Assembly (NCBI GenBank): GCA_002269645.1
Contig: NIVC01002387.1
Location: 80,872-144,871 of the forward strand
From: Macrostomum lignano
Lineage: Eukaryota
Direction of reading: 5' to 3'
Length of the DNA: 64,000 nucleotides
The number at the start of each line of letters is the position of its first letter. Position 1 is the stretch's first letter. The notes beneath the pieces are model-generated. The model was given only the letters and a program-made list of their open reading frames with translations, searched no databases and had not been told where the DNA came from. The translations under genes and the position numbers were made by a program. Shown one piece after another: positions 1 to 16,303 of this stretch.

Positions 1-137
1 GGTGTCTATTAGTGTTGACTCGTGAATCGCACGGAATCGAACCCAGGGTACTTTTTTAACCGCTGAGCTACGGAACTCTGACCCATAGTACTATCAGTAG
101 TAATAATACGACATACGCAACTAAACAAGGCCCGAAC

Positions 138-748
138 CTGAACGTCTCCATCGGAGCGCACTCGGACAACGCGACCAACCCGACCCCGACCGTTGCCCAG
201 CAACTGCTGCTGCTGGTCGGAGCCGCTGGACGTCGTCGCCAGCACTCGGACCAAATCGCCTGGCGACAGCGCCAGCGGCACCGACTGCGGCAGATTCGGC
301 GTCACTGGCAGCAGCGTCGTAGCGTAAACGGAACTGGCGCCTCCACCCGCGCCGCTTCCTCCGCCGCCGCCGCCACCAACTGCGGCGCGAAGCCTTCGGG
401 CGGAAGCGGACGGGTCCGGGATGAGGCAGAGAGCGGCCGGGTTCAGCGTCCACCGGTTGCCGCTGGGATAAGAGACCACAGCGTCGCCGTCTTCGTCCAC
501 GCCAACGATAGAGCCGACAGTGTCGACGCATTCGGACATGGCCGGGGACCAGCCGCCGTGGGTTCGTTGAAGGCGTTGAAGTGTGTCGGTGGACACGGCG
601 ACGCGTACCCGGTCGCCCGGCTGGAACGCGCACAGCTCCATGTGGGGACAGGCGCTAGGACAACCGGCGGAGCCGCCGCCCAGCTCCAGACTGGCCGAGG
701 TGGACGACGCTGCCGAGGTGTCCGAATTGGGCGGCCGGTTTATTTCGC
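138..748 (-). CDS. MIB1: Mind bomb 1 E3 ubiquitin ligase, coding exon 2 (Mib repeats); the gene continues beyond the left edge
   Basis: Acceptor tttccatag| at 750-749 (phase 1) joins exon 1 as [23 protein letters not shown]...HGGWSPAMSECVDTVGSIVGVDEDGDAVVSYPSGNRWTLNPAAL matches the MIB1 Mib repeat. Donor CAG|gttcgg at 137. Confidence 0.9.
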
Positions 749-909
749 CTATGGAAACAGTTGAATTTAAAATGAGGGATTATATTAGCATCAGACTACT
801 TTCAGTAGGTATTTTGCATTAAACTTAATTTTCAATACAGTAAGTAAATAAGCGGTAACCGAGGAGGATATATAGGATTCTAAAAATCAATAATGAGACT
901 ATTCTTTTG

Positions 910-1767
910 ATGGCTAGAGAGAGATTATTGAGGTGGCTAGAGGGAGATTACTGAGGTGGCTAGAGGGAGATTACTGAGGTGGCTAGAGGGAGATTATTGA
1001 GGTGGCTAGAGGAAGATTACTGAGATGGCTAGAGGGAGATTATTGAGGTGGCTAGAGGGAGATTACTGAGGTGGCTAGAGGGAGATTATTGAGGTGGCTA
1101 GAGGAAGATTACTGAGATGGCTAGAGGGAGATTATTGAGGTGGCTAGAGGGAGATTACTGAGGTGGCTAGAGGGAGATTATTGAGGTGGCTAGAGGAAGA
1201 TTACTGAGATGGCTAGAGGGAGATTATTGAGGTGGCTAGAGGGAGATTACTGAGATGGCTAGAGGGAGATTACTGAGATGGCTAGAAGGAGATTACTGAG
1301 ATGGGTAGAAGGAGATTACTGAGATGGGTAGAGGGAGATTACTGAGGTGGCTAGAGGGAGATTACTGAGCTGGCTAGAGGGAGATTACTGAGATGGCTAG
1401 AGAGAGATTACTGAGATGGCTAGAGGGAGATTATTGAGGTGGCTAGAGGGAGATTACTGAGATGACTAGAGGGAGATTACTGAGATGACTAGAGGGAGAT
1501 TACTGAGATGGCTAGAGGAAGATTACTGAGGTGGCTAGAGGGAGATTATTGAGGTGGCTAGAGGGAGATTACTGAGGTGGCTAGAGGGAGATTACTGAGA
1601 TGGCTAGAGGGAGATTATTGAGGTGGCTAGAGGGAGATTATTGAGGTGGCTAGAGGGAGATTATTGAGGTGGCTAGAGGGAGATTACTGAGCTGGCTAGA
1701 GGGAGATTATTGAGGTGGCTAGAGGGAGATTACTGAGATGGCTAGATGGAGATTATTGAGGTGGCTA
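910..1767 (+). repeat. 23-bp minisatellite (GGCTAGAGGGAGATTACTGAGGT)n in MIB1 intron 1
   Basis: Direct tandem repetition, about 37 copies with point variants. Confidence 0.95.
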
Positions 1768-1872
1768 CAAGTGTTCTAGACGTGGCATATACGAGCATAT
1801 TTGTTTAAAAAAGCTGAATTGCGATTCTCAATGTTTCCTATTTGCACACATTAGGAGCTACATCTGCCTTAC

Positions 1873-2605
1873 CTAGCAGCGGCAGATGGTCTCTATAATA
1901 GGCGAATGCTTTAGCCTCGGACACCACTCGCAGGTCAACCATGCCCTCGTAGCCAACCCTATAGAGATTTTTAACTCCGCTATCCCAGAGCACGTAGGCG
2001 GCCGACCTCGGCGCATCCGGGCACCAGTCCTGCACCTCGGTGACCTTGCCCCGCTTCCCGCTGCCGCCGTCCTGATCCTCCCATTGCCAGTCGACGCCGC
2101 GTACAACCCTAGCGCCGGGGAACAGGCCTCGGCAGGTGTATTTCTTAGCTCGCCGACGGGAGTCGCACCAGACTGGCTCGGCTAGCGGGTGCACAAATTG
2201 AAAGAATCTGTGCCTAGTGGAGTGCTTGTCGCCGTGATAGCAGGCTGAGCACAGGGATACGCCATTGCAATCGGCGCAGGCCCATCGGACGCCATACAGC
2301 GGCCTGGCGCCGCACTCGTCGCAGCTGAAACAGTCCTCGTGTACAACGCCAGCTGGCCCATTGTCAAGGACGCGCAGGTCATAGGCGCCTGAGCAGCGAT
2401 AATTAGCGGCGGTGCCATTGTCCCAAACTACAACGACTTCTTCTGGGCTTTCGAAATTGCGCACAGTGCCAACGCTGCCCTCGCCGCCGTCCTGTTTGGC
2501 CCATTTCCAGTGGGGCCCGCGGACAACCCGACTGCCGACGCCCAGCTGCATAGTGGCAGTCAATAGTAGGTCGCCGGAGCCCGACATGAAAGAGGCATGC
2601 GACAT
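1873..2605 (-). CDS. MIB1: Mind bomb 1, coding exon 1 (MIB/HERC2 - ZZ zinc finger - MIB/HERC2)
   Basis: [57 protein letters not shown] and [18 protein letters not shown] closely match MIB1. ZZ finger CDEC...CADC...LCSACY...KH...H. Donor G|gtaagg at 1872. The start could be ATG 2605 or the later MQLGVGS. Confidence 0.95.
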
Positions 2606-2876
2606 GAAATAGCATTTTTAATTGCATCCTTAATGCTTAATAAGTCAGTCAACATTTAATTCATTTATGAAAGCAATTAGATATCAATTAATTTGCTAGC
2701 CTATAATGAAATCTAGGTGTGTGTCAATAGCGCATTATGAAACAATTTTTAAATCTAGCGTCCATATTTTTGTAATTCATAGTTTACATAAAGGATCAAT
2801 AATTTTACTCTTGGATTCTGGGGAGTACACTTTTACAAGAGGTTTTTCAATTTTCAATTTTTATTCTTCTGTAGAC

Positions 2877-2919
2877 ATGGAGTCAGCAGACTTACACACT
2901 GTCAGTCAGTCAGTGCAGG
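2877..2919 (+). CDS. Candidate first coding micro-exon of the CNPase gene (MESADLHTVSQSVQ)
   Basis: ttattcttctgtag|acATG acceptor, then an open frame to G|gtagag (phase 1), which is compatible with the phase-1 acceptor at 6634. The donor is weak. Confidence 0.35.
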
Positions 2920-5900
2920 GTAGAGTTATTGACAAAAAATGAAATATGACTTTCAATATGGCATCTACAAGTAATCTATTGCTTCCATTCAACTTACAGT
3001 ATGCCTTTTTTCACAAGGAGCACATGTTGGTATATGTTCAAGCCCAAGTATTTGATGCATGCTTTGTATTCTATGTCCTAAATCTTGCATTGATAAAGTC
3101 AACTAGCTATAATACTAGTCTCCTCTTGGTTTCAAATAAAAAACTTTGCCTAGCTATGATAATTAGCCATCAGCAAATAATATGGATGAATTAAGTTTCT
3201 TACACAACTAGTGCATCCAATGGTCACAATAATATCATAAGTTTTAGATCTAGAATGCATTGATGACACATTGGGTTAGACCTAGATTTTCTACTTGGAT
3301 TATTACTTAGCACAATATCTATTTCAAAATAGTAATCAAGGCAACTAACTATAATAAAACATTAATGGTAGGGCTAACTTTGAGTAAACTATCTTGATTT
3401 CTAAAAAATATTGTCTCTTAATTGACTTGTATGCCTTTTTAAACAGACTTGCATAAAACTTCCATTTGGACATTGCCAAGGATTAGGCACTATGGGTTTA
3501 TTGAATAATCTTTTTTTGTTAGAGATTGCATTATCTCTTACAAAAAAGTTTTGATTGTATAATACTAGTAGACAAACAATTCCAATACTCTTATATTAAG
3601 ATTATTTTACTGTATACTTCTTTTAAAGTAGTCTAATACTAATACTATTATGAAAATTTTCCAACTTCATATTCTATTAAGTTAGCCTATTGTTTACTTG
3701 CATTATTTGTGAAATAAATTACTTTATCTATTTTTAATTCTTAAAATGTTAAATAAGAAAATTGTTGAAATAATATACTATAGGACTATTGCCATAGTCA
3801 AGGTGCCTATATGCCAGAATTTTCTAGTATACATTAGCCCTTTATATTTCTTTGGCATATATATTTGGTATGCTATTACACTTAAATCTTAAAAAGCTAT
3901 ATTTTGCATACAAAAATTGTATACAAAGCTATTTGAAATTTTGTATATACATCTACTAGTTTCTATAACAAAAGATAGAATATTTCAAAGAAAAAGATAG
4001 TGGTTAAAAGGTGATAAGAATATGAACAAAAAAATATTAATTGAATATGAAAATGCTATTTTAAAAAAAAGAATTTAGATATTATAACTTTATGTAATTA
4101 TATTAAAAGTTGTTGTAAATGAGAAATAGATATAACAAAAATTTTATTATAATGTATATATAAATATTAAATGTAACAATACAAAAGGGCTTTGATTGTT
4201 GCAATGAAAAAATGTCCTTTTTTGAAGTTCAAAAGTAAGGTTGTATAATTTAGAAATTTTGGCATATATTGATATATAAAACTCTGGCATATACTAGAAG
4301 TAGACACTTTCTTAACAATAAGGACAATGGGAGTCTATGGCTATTAGGGGTTGCCCTACATCTTGCTCAGCCATAGGCCTACTGTTTAGATTGTTATCTA
4401 ATATACAGCCATCCTACTCCTGTTATATTATATACATTTTGGCAATGTTGGTTTACTATTAGTAAAAACTGATTTGCCAAAGTTATATACATGGTCACAT
4501 AACCTAGGGCCCATACATGCGCAACAGTTGGCCGACCAATTTGGCAGCCAACCAAGGAAGTCACAAAAATGCCCACCTGAAAAACACCCAAGTAGTAGTA
4601 CTATGTACTAAGTAGCTGATGAGGCATTTTGGCTTAATAAGACCGTCATAGTTACTCCTGCCGTTTACCCTAAGTTGCGTTAATTTTGCTTTAGGGTTTT
4701 TTACATATAAGTTGCATTTTTAGCCAAAAACTATATCACATTTTTGTTAAAACTAAGTTGCACAGCCGAATGAATTTTGGAGGTTGCACATGTATGCTAG
4801 GGCCTATCCTAAGAATATTCTAGGGTTTTAATAAAATATTAAAAAATAATTATAGTTTATAGATTCTAGTTCTAAGACAGGGGTCAGAAACCTTTTTCCA
4901 CTTAAGGGCCAGATAAGGTTTTTTTCAATTCAAAACTATAAGCCACAGGTTGCAACCCAGTTAGCCTACTTCACTCTCTCCTAGGTCTTTCTTTACCTTC
5001 CAGAATCTACTGCCTGGGTCTTTACCTCCCAGAATCTGCTTCCTAATTCTTTACCCTCCAGAATCTGCCCCCCTGGGGCCTGGGTCTTTACTATACTAAC
5101 ATTTGTACTCCCATTAATGGCCTATACTACTACTATCTCAATTTCCTTTGCCGCAAGTTCCCCTCTTTTTATTCTATTTGAAATTTTGAACTGATACACT
5201 GTCTATCTTAAGTTTTTAAACAGTCACTTACGCGACTAGTTTGTGCTTCATTACTAATTTGTCATTAAAAGTTGGCAATCGAGGAAAGAAATTCCATTTT
5301 AGTGCACAAAACTTTTGTGGGAGAAAATATAAAATTACAATAAAGGTATGGGCCAGATTAGGCCTATAATAATTAAGATTAAGGAAGTTTGTAGGCTTCT
5401 TTTAGTTAGGCCTAGTTGCTAGTTAGAGGAGGATCCTAAAAAGAGGATTTGACTTCTTTTTTAAATGCAACATTTCCATCAAAATAAAAACAATGCCAAA
5501 TGCCAATAGCATATTCCATTCCTAAAGTTGACAAAGCTTCAGTATCGCTCTGTCAGTGTTTAGTTGACACAGTCAGTGGAACCAGCCTATGCACTGTTAT
5601 GCAGTCAGACTGGTGTTGCAGCATTATGAGATCATAAATGAATGAATTAATTGGTGTACGTACGCAACGTACATCGTTTTTTATAATTAAAGCTGCAGTT
5701 TTGCAAAAGACTTCGCTGTTTGAATGTTTGAATAGAAATCACAAGGTTAAACAAAACGTTTTTAGTTAGTTTATAATGCAACAAGTTAACAGTTTTAAGT
5801 TTTCATTTTAGTCTGTATATACTGCAAACAAATATGATTTTAACCAGTTAGAATTGCCTTAAAACTTGAATGTAAGTGTACACACATAGATTTGATTTTT

Positions 5901-6633
5901 GTTAACGATAATTAAAAATTTTACTTACTGGGATCAGCAATGGACCTACTTAATGGACCAACGGTTCCTACTGTTCAGTTCAATATGACACCAGCCAAGA
6001 TTTTATTCGCCAAAGTCTTGGTCATAATGACGCAAAAAAAGTAAATTTTTACAATCGCATGGCTGGCATAGCTATATACACTTCAGACATAAGCATAGTG
6101 CTGCATTACAGACATGACATATTGACTTGATTGTCATTATTATAATATTAGAGACATCAGTCAAATGTTGCTTTAGCTACTTCATAGCCCTACGAATCTA
6201 CGATGGCAGTGTGTATCAAAATTTAATCTAGGGCTCTTATTGTATATCTATCTAGTAATGTTTTTTCTGTAGCTTTAATCTTTACATCAGAACCTTGGCT
6301 TAGCTTTTTATTTTGATTGCTCTATTTCAAAAGTTGTGATTTTTTATTCGTTTTGGCTTTCTATCTGATCGAACTGACTTTAGACCTAGGCCTACTGCCT
6401 TTATTTTTAGATTATTATAACTTTTAATTCATGAATAGACTAATAATATTAAATAATCATCAATACCCCTTACTAATAGACACTTAAAAACACTGTTAGT
6501 GATTAATGATTGAAATTTTAAAGTTGAAATTCTAAAAACTTCATGTTTTATGATCTAAAGGTTAAAAATTTAATATCAAATACTTTGAGAAGTACTTTGA
6601 GAAATAGCCTAACCCAATTAATTTTTGTTGCAG

Positions 6634-7304
6634 TAATGTTGCCATATGGCCACAGCAGTGCCAACACTTCCCAATGGCAAAAAGAGGCACCAACACCAAA
6701 GAGGCAACCAGCGCATGTATCATTCTATGCCTGGTTTCTACAGCCTAGCTCAGCCAGTCAACTAGTCCAACTCGCCCAGGCATTTGTTAATAGTGTTGCA
6801 CTGACAACTGGATTAGATAGAAATGCTAACCTCACTCCAAGCTCTAGCACTTTGCTTCATATCACCGCTAAATATTGTGGCAAATGTGGTGCCCAAAGCT
6901 ACACAGAGCGCTCAGAAGTGGCAGCTTCTATTGGCCGGTCATTTGACATCCGCCTGACTGGCTTGCTGCTGCGCCCCGGCTCCAGCCTGGTTGCCAGGGC
7001 GGAGCTCTCGCCCAGCCAGCTGGCTCTGTGGGACAACGAGCCTACAAAAAGTGAAATGCCATCTGGAAAATCGTTGCCACGCGGCTCGCGAGCCCACGTC
7101 ACCTTGGCAACAGCACCAGGCGTTCGACCGTCTCAGGCCGGCTTCGATCTGCTCGATGCACTCGCCATCCTGCAGTCTTCGTCCTCGGCGTCGCCTTCAA
7201 GCGTCCCTGGCGGCGGCCACATCAGTTGGCTCAGTGGCGGGCGAGTCTACCTGACCCTGGCCAAGCCGCTTACTGTTGCAGCTGTGTTCGATGCGCACTC
7301 GTGA
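6634..7304 (+). CDS. CNP: 2',3'-cyclic-nucleotide 3'-phosphodiesterase (CNPase)-like 2H phosphodiesterase domain, terminal exon
   Basis: FYAWFL, LLHITAKYCG (HxT-1), ARAELSPSQLALW, LPRGSRAHVTLA (HxT-2; vertebrate CNP has LPRGSRAHITLG) and QAGFDLLDAL. Acceptor tttttgttgcag| at 6633. The ORF track start at 6543 is probably intronic. Confidence 0.85.
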
Positions 7305-7324
7305 CCTTTTTTGTATACACTGGG

Positions 7325-8600
7325 CCAAGGAATTCTAAATCTAGCAACTGGAATGACAACTGAAATATCAGCTATACAAGATGAGGCCAAGATTAGAGAT
7401 CGCAAGCGTGCGACCTAAACACACAGAGCATTCAAAAAGAAGGATCGTATTTCAAAGTTCTGAAACAATAACAAAATCAGAGGAATGAAACGCGACATAA
7501 GAAGACGTTGAAATTATATCAATTTCTAAATGTAACACAAGTAGGCACAGGAGTATGTCAAGCAAGCAGAGCAAGAACAAATGGCTTATAAACTGTATTG
7601 AGAAACTTTACAAAGAGCAAACAAAAAGAAACGAAAACTGTAAGCACAATTCAGAAATGTCTGGCAAGTAAAGAAAGAATACAGCAATAAAACTAAATGA
7701 ATCTCACTTTTGCCAGGCCAGTTACACCAGTCTGGCTATGCGAAAAATTGTTAGTCGGCACCACACATCAAAATCAATGCTTCCCACCTGTGAGTTTTTG
7801 CAGTTTCGTCAACTTCCTCTTCAATGTTTTGTTTGTCTCAGCTTGATTGATCTGCTTTGTTAGCATCTTGGACGTGCAATTGAAAAACCTGTTGATGATC
7901 TTGCGGACCAGATCATGGCCAGCGGTGCAGTGTGTCCTACCAAATAGAAAGTTACCATGATCTGGCAGCACGAGGTCCATCGCGAGATAAAATGTCTCCC
8001 TTTGATCGCGAAGCTCGTGGAGTTTTTGTGAAATATGATGGCATGCTGGTCGTGCTGTATTGGGGGGGGGGGAACGGCAATCTCTCTTAATCTTCTTTTT
8101 ACAAGATTGGCACCTTCTTCGTGTTGTTTCTTTTTCCGTTACGCATTTGCTGTCCTGATTCTCAGTAATAAAATCTGATTCCGTGAAGTGAAGAGAGCAA
8201 ATTCGAGTGTGCTTCGATGGCTTGAAAGTTGCTTCTCGGGAAATGCTCTTTAACCATTTTTCCAGCAGGTCGTCTCGATTCGGAAACTTGTGGAATGAAA
8301 TCCTCGCTGACCATGCCGTTGCCGACTCGCTGCCGGACTTGCGGCCAAAAACGGCGCATTTATTTGGCATGCAGAGGACGCAGAGACTTGGCTTCAGGAA
8401 AGTCACTCTGGCATATTAGTGCTTACAGGCTAAGACAAAATAAGGCGAACGAAGCTGATTCTTCTTATAGTGGCAATCTAAGTTGATGCAGCAAACAAAT
8501 CCTATGTCTGTGGCAATCGCAGTAAGCCTCATCTTGTATAAAAAAAGTCCTCACCGCTATTTCAGTTGTCATTCCAGTTGCTGGATTTAGAATTCCTTGG
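7325..8600 (-). mobile_element. Internally deleted THAP-domain (P-element/THAP9-like) DNA transposon with long imperfect inverted repeats
   Basis: 7325-7367 is the reverse complement of 8558-8600 (43 nt, 1 mismatch), and 7373-7387 is the exact reverse complement of 8526-8540. A THAP ORF lies inside. No clear TSD. Confidence 0.75.
7774..8370 (-). pseudogene. THAP domain fused to a transposase C-terminal remnant (catalytic core deleted)
   Basis: MPNKCAVFGRKS...SFHKFP...WL...ICSLHF is a THAP C2CH motif with the second Cys changed to Arg. The C-terminal HCTAGHDLVRKIINRFFN resembles P-like transposase tails. Only about 200 aa. Confidence 0.75.
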
Positions 8601-9433
8601 TGTAGCCCATGGATCTCCTTCATCCATGGTGAAGCCTCCCCTCGCAAGTAACAGACAGTTGACTACGGACTGTCTATGGTTATTCAGGTAGAGTGATCCA
8701 GCAGAATGGTTCAAAAGTTGACAGCGGCGGAGAGATGGCGAGAGAATGTTGAGAAAATTAACTTAATTAAGAGAAAACTCTCTCTAATTTGAGTTGATAC
8801 CAAAACAGTCAGTGGGGCTCATGGCTCAAACGGGTTGTCAATAAACTAGGGTAGGGGGTTGAATTCAAGATTAGAAATAATAATACAGGGTTTAAAAATC
8901 TACTAAAACATTGTCACTATTACAAAAAGTAAAAATTTCACCTTACTACTACCAACGGCCATTGCGATTTTTTTGTTTTTTTGCTAAAAAAAGCTGGGTG
9001 ATTTCAAAATCTGCGCTTCTAAATGAGTTTATAGAGTAAAACTTTTAGCTAGGCCTACTGTCAGTAGTATAAAACATGATTTTCGACTAGGCATGTTTTT
9101 TTATAAGTGTTGAATTGCCTTGTGTAAAATTTTCTTTGTTGGAGTTAAAGCTGTTGTTTTAATATTTTGAATTCCATAATTCGATATTTTTGGTAGTTCA
9201 TTTGTTAAATTTTTTGATCATTCGATGTTTGTTTTGATTTCTATTACGACCTGCAATATGTATCAAACTAATTCAGGTCTATATAATATATTTAAATACA
9301 CGTGCCATTTTTTATGGTGATTGGTGACTGAATAGAGTGCAGAATAATATTACAACACACTGGTCTTTCTTAAAGTTCTTACTCATTTTAACGAATTTTT
9401 TAAAGCCAAGGCTCATTTATTGGCCCCACCCCC

Positions 9434-10052
9434 TCAGCTTAAACCCTCCAACCGCGCCTTTCCACACAAAACCTACCCCCGCCCCACCCCAATTTTTATC
9501 GCCTTTCTCGGAATTCAAGCCTAAAGCTGCCATGTACATGCCAGTGGACTGGCTAATGTACATTATTGCTGAACCAATTAGCAAGTTGTTTACGCCTGAA
9601 AGCTGGGATTCTAAACTTATCAGACATTTCAGCTGCCTTTATTTTTAAAGATTAGCTGATACATTCATTCTTTGCTACTGAACTGAAAGTAGAAAGCTGT
9701 TTTACTGAGTATTTATGCCTGAGTGGCCCATCCAGTCATTTTAGTATCTGTGCTCTTAACCCTAGCTTAAATCCTCCAACCACGCCACGCCTTTCTACAC
9801 AAAACGTTTAGCCGCGCCTAGCCGTCTTCTAGTTCAGTGGCGCTGGCTATCGTACATTACGGCTAAACCAATTAGCAAGTTGTTTACGCCTGCAAGCTTG
9901 GGCTTCTAAACTTACGAGTGTATCAATGTCCAGCTGGCTTTATTTTCAAAAAATAGCTTATGTATTCTTTTTTGCTACTTAATTAAGAAGTAGAAAGCTG
10001 TTGTAACTGCGCATATGCGTAAGAGGCCATCTAGTTTGTTTCAGTATATGTG
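9434..10052 (+). repeat. Diverged ~300-bp tandem duplication (9434-9752 / 9761-10052)
   Basis: Colinear shared blocks agcttaaa.cctccaacc, aaccaattagcaagttgtttacgcctg and gtagaaagctgtt. Confidence 0.75.
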
Positions 10053-10718
10053 GTTTGGGCTGGATGCAGGGATGCAGCCCAGCTATAAATCAGAGAAAAA
10101 ACATTTGAATGAGAAGCTTATAACGATGGAGTAGAAAAAAAGCATATTTTTTTGTTTCCAACTGTCCTTCGGAAGCTCGTCTCTCTCGTTAAATGAATGT
10201 ACGAGTATGGCTACCGAGTTAAGAATTTTTTCGAATCCGCTTTGGCTACAGATGTTGGCATTGTGCGCAGGCAATGCCACGCAGGGCACTGAGGGTGTTC
10301 AATGAGCCGAGACGGAATGTACAAATTTTAAAAGAAAAATAGTGCATAAAAAACTAATAAGTCTATGCTATCTTATAATAAAACGTTTTTGCGGCGATGG
10401 AGAGATTCTGCCCTCCAAGTCTGGCTTCAACAGGCGTCAGTCGCAGTTTCTGTTCAAAAATAGTTTCTGGCTTGAGCAGTTCAGCGGCCACAATACTTAG
10501 CTCGTAGTGGCGGCTTCAGTGAGAGAGAGACAGAGAGAAAGATGAAAAGCGAGTCTCCAGCAGCAGTTGCTTTTTGCGCATAATGAGTCTCTGTTCTCAG
10601 AAAGTAAAAAGGCAGCGCGTTTTGGCAAAATATAATTTTCTTTCACACTGACAAAACTTGCCCCCGAGGTTTTCTCCGAGCGTCGGGGTTAGAGAGAAAT
10701 CCACCTCTGTGCCACAGC

Positions 10719-15484
<4,766 letters not shown>

Positions 15485-15705
15485 ATCGCCCTAAATTATT
15501 TGCTTTTCTTAGTAGTTGATAGATCATACAATATAGTCCAAACATGAAAAAGGGTAGCTAACGAACTATTCGGCTTAAAGTTCATGCTACGGATATTAAT
15601 TTTATTGTCAGTTTTTACTAAAAGGGGAACTTCTGGAAGTGTACTGTGGAAACTTCATTCCATCTCTTATGAGCCTCTGACTTCATGCCCAATCCTGACC
15701 TCCAC

Positions 15706-16303
15706 GACCACTTCTGCAGCCACCTCACTCTTTGCCCATGCCAACCCCACTTCTGCAGCCACTTCACTCTTTGCCCATGCCAACCCCACTTCTGCAGACA
15801 CCTTACTCTTTGCCCATTCCAACCCCACTTCTGCAGCCACCTCACTCCCTGTCCATGCCAACCCCCACTTCTGCAGCCACCTCAATCCCTGTCCATGCCA
15901 ACCCCCACTTCTGCAGCCACCTCACTCCCTGTCCATGCCAACCCCCACTTCTGCAGCCACCTCACTCCCCTGTCCATTCCAACCCCCACTTCTGCAGCCA
16001 CCTCACTCCCCTGTCCATTCCAACCCCCACTTCTGCAGCCACCTTACTCCCCTGTTCATACCAACCCCCACTTCTGCAGCCACCTCACTCCCTGGCCATG
16101 CCAACCCCCACTTCTGCAGCCACCTCACTCCGTCCATGCCAACCCCCACTTCTGCAGCCACCTCACTCCGTCCATGCCAACCCCCACTTCTGCAGCCACC
16201 TCACTCCGTCCATGCCAACCCCCACTTCTGCAGCCACCTCACTCCCTGTCCATGCCAACCCCCACTTCTGCAGCCACCTCCCTCCCTGTCCATGCCAACC
16301 CCA
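15706..16303 (+). repeat. ~40-bp minisatellite (CCAACCCCCACTTCTGCAGCCACCTCACTCCCTGTCCATG)n
   Basis: About 15 tandem copies, 38-41 bp variants. Confidence 0.95.

Noticed and set aside
4878-4912. hAT-like terminus CAGGGGTCAGAAACCTTTTT (similar lone ends at ~19700-19722 and ~23030-23040)
   Set aside because: No matching partner end or TSD could be found, so element boundaries are unsupported.
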